A DNA stretch of 64,000 nucleotides from Balanoglossus misakiensis (lineage: Eukaryota > Animalia > Hemichordata). A model generated the notes under the pieces. The model saw only the letters and a program-made list of their open reading frames with translations, made no database searches and was not told the origin of the DNA. The number at the start of each line of letters is the position of its first letter. Position 1 is the first letter of the stretch. Location: the NCBI GenBank assembly GCA_040954595.2, contig CM082587.2:1889000-1952999 (forward strand), in the 5' to 3' direction. Made by a program: the position numbers and the translations under genes. Below, one piece after another: positions 1 through 12,900 of the stretch.

Positions 1-810
1 GTAAGTCATAAAGAAAAAAAAATCCCATATTGTTGAAAGTAAACTATTAAAGAAATTTGAAAGTAAAGGAGGGACATCAAAACAGGTGTCGAATTTGTGT
101 GCGAGATGTTTGATGATTCAGCTTACCTTCCTGAGAAGCACCTCAAATTTCTTTGCTTGTTTGGCAGCCAACTAAACATTGAAGTCTGCTTTCGTTACGA
201 CGTTTTCTCGATGACTGCTCCTGTGACGCGGGGAGACTTTATGCGCATGTGCCAGCAGCAAGGCGTCGTCAATGATTTCGTCACCCCCGCAAGCAATCTA
301 TAAAATAATAGGTTTTTGCAGCTGCAAATTTGACAATCTAATTGATCAGTCTTTTGCATCTCTTACCTTGGGGGTATTTTCCTCCCATACCTTTGTTCTA
401 TATCTTTCATAATCTTTATCTAGGTTTGGCGGACATTGGGAAGACGCACAAGTTTATGCCATTTATTTATATTTCATGATTCGCAAGTCATCGAGGGAAA
501 GGAATATGTTCACTGTGACAGGAAGCCAAGCAGAGCGCCTCTTTGAGGCAATATCGCCGCATAAATTGTGTATATGTATTAGCCTTTGTTTTGCAACAAT
601 AAAGTTTCACAGCGTCTAACTTAGTTTCGATGAGAACCGTACGCCTTATGAATCATACCTGCAGGAATGAGAAGAACTAACTAGGCTGAGAGAATAGGTT
701 TGTTATGAAGAACTGAATGTGGGATAACATTGGACGAAGCAGCTATACTGGCAACAACAGGTTTGTAAATTTGTTCGTACATACACAATTTTAAAAATAA
801 CAAAATCTCG

Positions 811-944
811 AATTTGAAAATTTTGCTCATTTTGGCATTTCCATGTCATATGCATGGGTTATAGCTCATGAACGCTCAAAAAATGAAAAAAATTTCCAAT
901 TTGAAAATTTTGCTCATTTTGGCATTTCCACGTCATTTGCATGG
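811..944 (-). repeat. Diverged 87-bp-period satellite relic (about 1.5 units), oriented opposite to the adjacent main array
   Basis: AATTTGAAAATTTTGCTCATTTTGGCATTTCCA occurs at 811 and 898 (period 87). Contains CATGGGTTATAGCTCATGAA, the reverse complement of the main-array core motif. Confidence 0.75.
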
Positions 945-953
945 AATATATAA

Positions 954-3900
954 ATAACCCATGGTTTTTATCAAAAAATGACCAAATTTTGAAATTTCGC
1001 GAAGTCGAAAAATTGACATTTCTGGATGATTTTCATGAGCTATAACCCATGGTTTTTATCAAAAAATGACCAAATTTTGAAATTCCGCGAAGTCGAAAAA
1101 TTGACATTTCTGGATGGTTTTCATTAGCTATAACCCATGGTTTTTATCAAAAAATGACCAAATTTTGAAAATTCGCAAAGTCGAAAAATCTTCGATTTCT
1201 GACGATTTTCCTGAGCTATAACCCATGGTTTTTTCAAAAAATGACCAAATTTTGAAAATTCGCAAAGTCGAAAAATCTTCGATTTCTGACGATTTTCCTG
1301 AGCTATAACCCATGGTTTTTTCAAAAATGACCAAATTTTGAAAATTCGCAAAGTCGAAAAATCTTCGATTTCTGACGATTTTCCTGAGCTATAACCCATG
1401 GTTTTTTCAAAATTTCTGACGATTTTCCTGAGCTATAACCCATGGTTTTTATCAAAAAATGACCAAATTTTGAAAATTCGCAAAGTCGAAAAGTCTTCGA
1501 TTTCTGACGATTTTCCTGAGCTATAACCCATGGTTTTTTCAAAAAATGACCAAATTTTGAAAATTCGCAAAGTCGAAAAATCTTCGATTCCTGCCGATTT
1601 TCCTGAGCTATAACCCATGGTTTTTTCAAAAAATGACCAAATTTTGAAAATTCGCAAAGTCGAAAAATCTTCGATTTCTGACGATTTTCCTGAGCTATAA
1701 CCCATGGTTTTTTCAAAAAATGACCAAATTTTGAAAATTCGCAAAGTCGAAAAATCTTCGATTTCTGACGATTTTCCTGAGCTATAACCCATGGTTTTTT
1801 CAAAAAATGACCAAATTTTGAAAATTCGCAAAGTCGAAAAATCTTCGATTTCTGACGATTTTCCTGAGCTATAACCCATGGTTTTTATCAAAAAATGACC
1901 AAATTTTGAAAATTCGCAAAGTCGAAAAATCTTCGATTTCTGACGATTTTCCTGAGCTATAACCCATGGTTTTTATCAAAAAATGACCAAATTTTGAAAA
2001 TTCGCAAAGTCGAAAAATCTTCGATTTCTGACGATTTTCCTGAGCTATAACCCATGGTTTTTTCAAAAAATGACCAAATTTTGAAAATTCGCAAAGTCGA
2101 AAAATCTTCGATTTCTGACGATTTTCCTGAGCTATAACCCATGGTTTTTATCAAAAAATGACCAAATTTTGAAAATTCGCAAAGTCAAAAAATCTTCGAT
2201 TTCTGACGATTTTCCTGAGCTATAACCCATGGTTTTTTCAAAAAATGACCAAATTTTGAAAATTCGCAAAGTCGAAAAATCTTCGATTTCTGACGATTTT
2301 CCTGAGCTATAACCCATGGTTTTTTCAAAAAATGACCAGATTTTGAAAATTCGCAAAGTCGAAAAATCTTCGATTCCTGACGATTTTCCTGAGCTATAAC
2401 CCATGGTTTTTTCAAAAAATGACCAGATTTTGAAAATTCGCAAAGTCGAAAAATCTTCGATTCCTGACGATTTTCCTGAGCTATAACCCATGGTTTTTTC
2501 AAAAAATGACCAAATTTTGAAAATTCGCAAAGTCGAAAAATCTTCGATTTCTGACGATTTTCCTGAGCTATAACCCATGGTTTTTTCAAAAAATGACCAA
2601 ATTTTGAAAATTCGCAAAGTCGAAAAATCTTCGATTCCTGACGATTTTCCTGAGCTATAACCCATGGTTTTTATCAAAAAATGACCAAATTTTGAAAATT
2701 CGCAAAGTCGAAAAATCTTCGATTTCTGACGATTTTCCTGAGCTATAACCCATGGTTTTTTCAAAAAATGACCAAATTTTGAAAATTCGCAAAGTCGAAA
2801 AATCTTCGATTTCTGACGATTTTCCTGAGCTATAACCCAAGGTTTTTTCAAAAAATGACCAAATTTTGAAAATTCGCAAAGTCGAAAAATCTTCGATTTC
2901 TGACGATTTTCCTGAGCTATAACCCAAGGTTTTTATCAAAAAATGACCAAATTTTGAAAATTCGCAAAGTCGAAAAATCTTCGATTTTTGACGATTTTCC
3001 TGAGCTATAACCCATGGTTTTTATCAAAAAATGACCAAATTTTGAAAATTCGCAAAGTCGAAAAATCTTCGATTTCTGACGATTTTCCTGAGCTATAACC
3101 CATGGTTTTTATCAAAAAATGACCAAATTTTGAAAATTCGCAAAGTCGAAAAATCTTCGATTTCTGACGATTTTCCTGAGCTATAACCCATGGTTTTTAT
3201 CAAAAAATGACCAAATTTTGAAAATTCGCAAAGTCGAAAAATCTTCGATTTCTGACGATTTTCCTGAGCTATAACCCATGGTTTTTATCAAAAAATGACC
3301 AAATTTTGAAAATTCGCAAAGTCGAAAAATCTTCGATTTCTGACGATTTTCCTGAGCTATAACCCATGGTTTTTATCAAAAAATGACCAAATTTTGAAAA
3401 TTCGCAAAGTCGAAAAATCTTCGATTTCTGACGATTTTCCTGAGCTATAACCCATGGTTTTTTCAAAAAATGACCAAATTTTGAAAATTCGCAAAGTCGA
3501 AAAATCTTCGATTTCTGACGATTTTCCTGAGCTATAACCCATGGTTTTTATCAAAAAATGACCAAATTTTGAAAATTCGCAAAGTCGAAAAATCTTCGAT
3601 TTCTGACGATTTTCCTGAGCTATAACCCATGGTTTTTATCAAAAAATGACCAAATTTTGAAAATTCGCAAAGTCGAAAAATCTTCGATTTCTGACGATTT
3701 TCCTGAGCTATAACCCATGGTTTTTATCAAAAAATGACCAAATTTTGAAAATTCGCAAAGTCGAAAAATCTTCGATTTCTGACGATTTTCCTGAGCTATA
3801 ACCCATGGTTTTTATCAAAAAATGACCAAATTTTGAAAATTCGCAAAGTCGAACAATCTTCGATTTCTGACGATTTTCCTGAGCTATAACCCATGGTTTT

Positions 3901-6900
3901 TATCAAAAAATGACCAAATTTTGAAAATTCGCAAAGTCGAAAAATCTTCGATTTCTGACGATTTTCCTGAGCTATAACCCATGGTTTTTATCAAAAAATG
4001 ACCAAATTTTGAAAATTCGCAAAGTCGAAAAATCTTCGATTTCTGACGATTTTCCTGAGCTATAACCCATGGTTTTTATCAAAAAATGACCAAATTTTGA
4101 AAATTCGCAAAGTCGAAAAATCTTCGATTTCTGACGATTTTCCTGAGCTATAACCCATGGTTTTTATCAAAAAATGACCAAATTTTGAAAATTCGCAAAG
4201 TCGAAAAATCTTCGATTTCTGACGATTTTCCTGAGCTATAACCCATGGTTTTTTCAAAAAATGACCAAATTTTGAAAATTCGCAAAGTCGAAAAATCTTC
4301 GATTCCTGACGATTTTCCTGAGCTATAACCCATGGTTTTTTCAAAAAATGACCAAATTTTGAAAATTCGCAAAGTCGAAAAATCTTCGATTTCTGACGAT
4401 TTTCCTGAGCTATAACCCATGGTTTTTTCAAAAAATGACCAAATTTTGAAAATTCGCAAAGTCGAAAAATCTTCGATTTCTGACGATTTTCCTGAGCTAT
4501 AACCCATGGTTTTTTCAAAAAATGACCAAATTTTGAAAATTCGCAAAGTCGAAAAATCTTCGATTTCTGACGATTTTCCTGAGCTATAACCCATGGTTTT
4601 TTCAAAAAATGACCAAATTTTGAAAATTCGCAAAGTCGAAAAATCTTCGATTTCTGACGATTTTCCTGAGCTATAACCCATGGTTTTTTCAAAAAATGAC
4701 CAAATTTTGAAAATTCGCAAAGTCGAAAAACCTTCGATTTCTGACGATTTTCCTGAGCTATAACCCATGGTTTTTATCAAAAAATGACCAAATTTTGAAA
4801 ATTCGCAAAGTCGAAAAATCTTCGATTTCTGACGATTTTCCTGAGCTATAACCCATGGTTTTTATCAAAAAATGACCAAATTTTGAAAATTCGCAAAGTC
4901 GAAAAATCTTCGATTTCTGACGATTTTCCTGAGCTATAACCCATGGTTTTTTCAAAAAATGACCAAATTTTGAAAATTCGCAAAGTCGAAAAATCTTCGA
5001 TTCCTGACGATTTTCCTGAGCTATAACCCATGGTTTTTTCAAAAAATGACCAAATTTTGAAAATTCGCAAAGTCGAAAAATCTTCGATTTCTGACGATTT
5101 TCCTGAGCTATAACCCATGGTTTTTTCAAAAAATGACCAAATTTTGAAAATTCGCAAAGTCGAAAAATCTTCGATTTCTGACGATTTTCCTGAGCCTTAA
5201 CCCATGGTTTTTATCAAAAAATGACCAAATTTTGAAAATTCGCAAAGTCGAAAAATCTTCGATTTCTGACGATTTTCCTGAGCTATAACCCATGGTTTTT
5301 ATCAAAAAATGACCAAATTTTGAAAATTCGCAAAGTCGAAAAATCTTCGATTTCTGACGATTTTCCTGAGCTATAACCCATGGTTTTTTCAAAAAATGAC
5401 CAAAATTTTGAAAATTCGCAAAGTCGAAAAATCTTCGATTTTTGACGATTTTCCTGAGCTATAACCCATGGTTTTTATCAAAAAATGACCAAATTTTGAA
5501 AATTCGCAAAGTCGAAAAATCTTCGATTTCTGACGATTTTCCTGAGCTATAACCCATGGTTTTTTCAAAAAATGACCAAATTTTGAAAATTCGCAAAGTC
5601 GAAAAATCTTCGATTTTTGACGATTTTCCTGAGCTATAACCCATGGTTTTTATCAAAAAATGACCAAATTTTGAACATTCGCAAAGTCGAAAAATCTTCG
5701 ATTTCTGACGATTTTCCTGAGCTATAACCCATGGTTTTTTCAAAAAATGACCAAATTTTGAAAATTCGCAAAGTCGAAAAATCTTCGATTTCTGACGATT
5801 TTCCTGAGCTATAACCCATGGTTTTTATCAAAAAATGACCAAATTTTGAACATTCGCAAAGTCGAAAAATCTTCGATTTCTGACGATTTTCCTGAGCTAT
5901 AACCCATGGTTTTTTCAAAAAAATGACCAAATTTTGAAAATTCGCAAAGTCGAAAAATCTTCGATTTTTAACGATTTTCCTGAGCTATAACCCATGGTTT
6001 GTATCAAAAAATGACCTAATTTTGAAAATTCGCAAAGTCGAAAAATCTTCGATTTTTGACGATTTTCCTGAGCTATAACCCATGGTTTTTTCAAAAAATG
6101 ACCAAATTTTGAAAATTCGCAAAGTCGAAAAATCTTCGATTTCTGACGATTTTCCTGAGCTATAACCCATGGTTTTTTCAAAAAATGACCAAATTTTGAA
6201 AATTCGCAAAGTCGAAAAATCTTCGATTTTTGACGATTTTCCTGAGCTATAACCCATGGTTTTTATCAAAAAATGACCAAATTTTGAAAATTCGCAAAGT
6301 CGAAAAATCTTCGATTTCTGACGATTTTCCTGAGCTATAACCCATGGTTTTTTCAAAAAATGACCAAATTTTGAAAATTCGCAAAGTCGAAAAATCTTCG
6401 ATTTTTGACGATTTTCCTGAGCTATAACCCATGGTTTTTTTCAAAAAATGACCAAATTTTGAAAATTCGCAAAGTCGAAAAATCTTCGATTTCTGACGAT
6501 TTTCCTGAGCTATAACCCATGGTTTTTTCAAAAAATGACCAAATTTTGAAAATTCGCAAAGTCGAAAAATCTTCGATTTCTGACGATTTTCCTGAGCTAT
6601 AACCCATGGTTTTTTCAAAAAATGACCAAATTTTGAAAATTCGCAAAGTCGAAAAATCTTCGATTTCTGACGATTTTCCTGAGCTATAACCCATGGTTTT
6701 TTCAAAAAATGACCAAATTTTGAAAATTCGCAAAGTCGAAAAATCTTCGATTTCTGACGATTTTCCTGAGCTATAACCCATGGTTTTTTCAAAAAATGAC
6801 CAAATTTTGAAAATTCGCAAAGTCGAAAAATCTTCGATTTCTGACGATTTTCCTGAGCTATAACCCATGGTTTTTTCAAAAAATGACCAAATTTTGAAAA

Positions 6901-9900
6901 ATTCGCAAAGTCGAAAAATCTTCGATTTCTGACGATTTTCCTGAGCTATAACCCATGGTTTTTTCAAAAAATGACCAAATTTTGAAAAATTCGCAAAGTC
7001 GAAAAATCTTCGATTTTTGACGATTTCCTGAGCTATAACCCATGGTTTTTATCAAAAAATGACCAAATTTTGAAAATTCGCAAAGTAGAAAAATCTTCGA
7101 TTTCTGACGATTTTCCTGAGCTATAACCCATGGTTTTTTCAAAAAATGACCAAATTTTGAAAATTCGCAAAGTCGAAAAATCTTCGATTTTTGACGATTT
7201 TCCTGAGCTATAACCCATGGTTTTTATCAAAAAATGACCAAATTTTGAAAATTCGCAAAGTCGAAAAATCTTCGATTTCTGACGATTTTCCTGAGCTATA
7301 ACCCATGGTTTTTTCAAAAAATGACCAAATTTTGAAAATTCGCAAAGTCGAAAAATCTTCGATTTTTGACGATTTTCCTGAGCTATAACCCATGGTTTTT
7401 TCAAAAAATGACCAAATTTTGAAAATTCGCAAAGTCGAAAAATCTTCGATATCTTCGATTTCTGACGATTTTCCTGAGCTATAACCCATGGTTTTTTCAA
7501 AATATGACCTAATTTTGAAAATTCGCAAAGTCGATACACATCTCGGAGTCCGATTTTGACGATTTTCTGAGCTATAACCCTGGTTTTTTCAAAAATGCCA
7601 ATTTGGCTTTGATTTTCCTGAGCTATCTGTTTTCAAAAATGACCAAATTTGAAAAGTCAAAAATTTTTCTATATCCATGGTTATGGTTTTTTCAAAAAGT
7701 TATGACCAAATTTGAAAATTCAAATAAATTCTTCTTCCTTTTCAAAATGGACCAATTTTGAAATCGATTTTTGACGATTTTCCTGAGCTATAACCCATGG
7801 TTTTTCAAAAATGACCAAATTTTGAAAATTCGCAAAGTCGAAAAATCTTCGATTTCTGACGATTTTCTGAGCTATAACCCATGGTTTTTTCAAAAAATGA
7901 CCAAATTTTGAAAATTCGCAAAGTCGAAAAATCTTCGATTTTTGACGATTTTCCTGAGCTATAACCCATGTTTTTTCAAAAAAATGACCAAATTTTGAAA
8001 ATTCGCAAAGTCGAAAAATCTTCGATTTCTGACGATTTTCCTGAGCTATAACCCATGGTTTTTTCAAAAAATGACCAAATTTACCATGTTTTTTCAAAAA
8101 ATGACCAAATTTTGAAAATCGCAAAGTCGAAAAATCTTCGATTTCTGACGATTTTCTGAGCTATAACCCATGGTTTTTTCAAAAATGACCAAATTTTGAA
8201 AATTCGCAAAGTCGAAAAATCTTCGATTTCTGACGATTTTCCTGAGCTATAACCCATGGTTTTTATCAAAAAATGACCAAATTTTGAAAATTCGCAAAGT
8301 CGAAAAATCTTCGATTTCTGACGATTTTCCTGAGCTATAACCCATGGTTTTTTCAAAAAATGACCAAATTTTGAAAATTCGCAAAGTCGAAAAATCTTCG
8401 ATTTCTGACGATTTTCCTGAGCTATAACCCATGGTTTTTATCAAAAAATGACCAAATTTTGAAAATTCGCAAAGTCGAAAAATCTTCGATTTCTGACGAT
8501 TTTCCTGAGCTATAACCCATGGTTTTTTCAAAAAATGACCAAATTTTGAAAATTCGCAAAGTCGAAAAATCTTCGATTTCTGACGATTTTCCTGAGCTAT
8601 AACCCATGGTTTTATCAAAAAATGACCAAATTTTGAAAATTCGCAAAGTCGAAAAATCTTCGATTTCTGACGATTTTCCTGAGCTATAACCCATGGTTTT
8701 TATCAAAAAATGACCAAATTTTGAAAATTCGCAAAGTCGAAAATCTTCGATTTCTGACGATTTTCCTGAGCTATAACCCATGGTTTTTATCAAAAAATGA
8801 CCAAATTTTGAAAATTCGCAAAGTCGAAAAATCTTCGATTTCTGACGATTTTCCTGAGCTATAACCCATGGTTTTTATCAAAAAATGACCAAATTTTGAA
8901 AATTCGCAAAGTCGAAAAATCTTCGATTTCTGACGATTTTCCTGAGCTATAACCCATGGTTTTTATCAAAAAATGACCAAATTTTGAAAATTCGCAAAGT
9001 CGAAAAATCTTCGATTTCTGACGATTTTCCTGAGCTATAACCCATGGTTTTTATCAAAAAATGACCAAATTTTGAAAATTCGCAAAGTCGAAAAATCTTC
9101 GATTTCTGACGATTTTCCTGAGCTATAACCCATGGTTTTTATCAAAAAATGACCAAATTTTGAAAATTCGCAAAGTCGAAAAATCTTCGATTTCTGACGA
9201 TTTTCCTGAGCTATAACCCATGGTTTTTTCAAAAAATGACCAAATTTTGAAAATTCGCAAAGTCGAAAAATCTTCGATTTTTGACGATTTTCCTGAGCTA
9301 TAACCCATGGTTTTTATCAAAAAATGACCAAATTTTGAAAATTCGCAAAGTCGAAAAATCTTCGATTTCTGACGATTTTCCTGAGCTATAACCCATGGTT
9401 TTTTCAAAAAATGACCAAATTTTGAAAATTCGCAAAGTCGAAAAATCTTCGATTTTTGACGATTTTCCTGAGCTATAACCCATGGTTTTTATCAAAAAAT
9501 GACCAAATTTTGAAAATTCGCAAAGTCGAAAAATCTTCGATTTCTGACGATTTTCCTGAGCTATAACCCATGGTTTTTTCAAAAAATGACCAAATTTTGA
9601 AAATTCGCAAAGTCGAAAAATCTTCGATTTCTGACGATTTTCCTGAGCTATAACCCATGGTTTTTTCAAAAAATGACCAAATTTTGAAAATTCGCAAAGT
9701 CGAAAAATCTTCGATTTCTGACGATTTTCCTGAGCTATAACCCATGGTTTTTTCAAAAAATGACCAAATTTTGAAAATTCGCAAAGTCGAAAAATCTTCG
9801 ATTTCTGACGATTTTCCTGAGCTATAACCCATGGTTTTTTCAAAAAATGACCAAATTTTGAAAATTCGCAAAGTCGAAAAATCTTCGATTTCTGACGATT

Positions 9901-12900
9901 TTCCTGAGCTATAACCCATGGTTTTTTCAAAAAATGACCAAATTTTGAAAATTCGCAAAGTCGAAAAATCTTCGATTTCTGACGATTTTCCTGAGCTATA
10001 ACCCATGGTTTTTTCAAAAAATGACCAAATTTTGAAAATTCGCAAAGTCGAAAAATCTTCGATTTTTGACGATTTTCCTGAGCTATAACCCATGGTTTTT
10101 ACAAAAAATGACCAAATTTTGAAAATTCGCAAAGTCGAAAAATCTTCGATTTCTGACGATTTTCCTGAGCTATAACCCATGGTTTTTATCAAAAAATGAC
10201 CAAATTTTGAAAATTCGCAAAGTCGAAAAATCTTCGATTTCTGACGATTTTCCTGAGCTATAACCCATGGTTTTTATCAAAAAATGACCAAATTTTGAAA
10301 ATTCGCAAAGTCGAAAAATCTTCGATTTCTGACGATTTTCCTGAGCTATAACCCATGGTTTTTATCAAAAAATGACCAAATTTTGAAAATTCGCAAAGTC
10401 GAAAAATCTTCGATTTCTGACGATTTTCCTGAGCTATAACCCATGGTTTTTTCAAAAAATGACCAAATTTTGAAAATTCGCAAAGTCGAAAAATCTTCGA
10501 TTTCTGACGATTTTCCTGAGCTATAACCCATGGTTTTTATCAAAAAATGACCAAATTTTGAAAATTCGCAAAGTCGAAAAATCTTCGATTTCTGACGATT
10601 TTCCTGAGCTATAACCCATGGTTTTTTCAAAAAATGACCAAATTTTGAAAATTCGCAAAGTCGAAAAATCTTCGATTTCTGACGATTTTCCTGAGCTATA
10701 ACCCATGGTTTTTTCAAAAAATGACCAAATTTTGAAAATTCGCAAAGTCGAAAAATCTTCGATTTCTGACGATTTTCCTGAGCTATAACCCATGGTTTTT
10801 ATCAAAAAATGACCAAATTTTGAAAATTCGCAAAGTCGAAAAATCTTCGATTTCTGACGATTTTCCTGAGCTATAACCCATGGTTTTTATCAAAAAATGA
10901 CCAAATTTTGAAAATTCGCAAAGTCGAAAAATCTTCGATTTCTGACGATTTTCCTGAGCTATAACCCATGGTTTTTATCAAAAAATGACCAAATTTTGAA
11001 AATTCGCAAAGTCGAAAAATCTTCGATTTCTGACGATTTTCCTGAGCTATAACCCATGGTTTTTATCAAAAAATGACCAAATTTTGAAAATTCGCAAAGT
11101 CGAAAAATCTTCGATTTCTGACGATTTTCCTGAGCTATAACCCATGGTTTTTATCAAAAAATGACCAAATTTTGAAAATTCGCAAAGTCGAAAAATCTTC
11201 GATTTCTGACGATTTTCCTGAGCTATAACCCATGGTTTTTATCAAAAAATGACCAAATTTTGAAAATTCGCAAAGTCCAAAAAATCTTCGATTTTTGACG
11301 ATTTTCCTGAGCTATAACCCATGGTTTTTATCAAAAAATAACCAAATTTTGAAAATTCGCAAAGTCGAAAAATCTTCGATTTCTGACGATTTTCCTGAGC
11401 TATAACCCATGGTTTTTTCAAAAAATGACCAAATTTTGAAAATTCGCAAAGTCGAAAAATCTTCGATTTTTGACGATTTTCCTGAGCTATAACCCATGGT
11501 TTTTATCAAAAAATGACCAAATTTTGAAAATTCGCAAAGTCGAAAAATCTTCGATTTTTGACGATTTTCCTGAGCTATAACCCATGGTTTTTTCAAAAAA
11601 TGACCAAATTTTGAAAATTCGCAAAGTCGAAAAATCTTCGATTTCTGACGATTTTCCTGAGCTATAACCCATGGTTTTTTCAAAAAATGACCAAATTTTG
11701 AAAATTCGCAAAGTCGAAAAATCTTCGATTTCTGACGATTTTCCTGAGCTATAACCCATGGTTTTTTCAAAAAATGACCAAATTTTGAAAATTCGCAAAG
11801 TCGAAAAATCTTCGATTTCTGACGATTTTCCTGAGTTATAACCCATGGTTTTTATCAAAAAATGACCAAATTTTGAAAATTCGCAAAGTCGAAAAATCTT
11901 CGATTTCTGACGATTTTCCTGAGCTATAACCCATGGTTTTTTCAAAAAATGACCAAATTTTGAAAATTCGCAAAGTCGAAAAATCTTCGATTTCTGACGA
12001 TTTTCCTGAGCTATAACCCATGGTTTTTTCAAAAAATGACCAAATTTTGAAAATTCGCAAAGTCGAAAAATCTTCGATTTCTGACGATTTTCCTGAGCTA
12101 TAACCCATGGTTTTTTCAAAAAATGACCAAATTTTGAAAATTCGCAAAGTCGAAAAATCTTCGATTTCTGACGATTTTCCTGAGCTATAACCCATGGTTT
12201 TTATCAAAAAATGACCAAATTTTGAAAATTCGCAAAGTCGAAAAATCTTCGATTTCTGACGATTTTCCTGAGCTATAACCCATGGTTTTTTCAAAAAATG
12301 ACCAAATTTTGAAAATTCGCAAAGTCGAAAAATCTTCGATTTCTGACGATTTTCCTGAGCTATAACCCATGGTTTTTATCAAAAAATGACCAAATTTTGA
12401 AAATTCGCAAAGTCGAAAAATCTTCGATTTCTGACGATTTTCCTGAGCTATAACCCATGGTTTTTTCAAAAAATGACCAAATTTTGAAAATTCGCAAAGT
12501 CGAAAAATCTTCGATTTCTGACGATTTTCCTGAGCTATAACCCATGGTTTTTTCAAAAAATGACCAAATTTTGAAAATTCGCAAAGTCGAAAAATCTTCG
12601 ATTTCTGACGATTTTCCTGAGCTATAACCCATGGTTTTTATCAAAAAATGACCAAATTTTGAAAATTCGCAAAGTCGAAAAATCTTCGATTTCTGACGAT
12701 TTTCCTGAGCTATAACCCATGGTTTTTATCAAAAAATGACCAAATTTTGAAAATTCGCAAAGTCGAAAAATCTTCGATTTCTGACGATTTTCCTGAGCTA
12801 TAACCCATGGTTTTTATCAAAAAATGACCAAATTTTGAAAATTCGCAAAGTCGAAAAATCTTCGATTTCTGACGATTTTCCTGAGCTATAACCCATGGTT

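Noticed and set aside
1130-1220. CENP-B box in the monomer
   Set aside because: TTCG is present but the TTCGnnnnAnnCGGG pattern is not matched on either strand.
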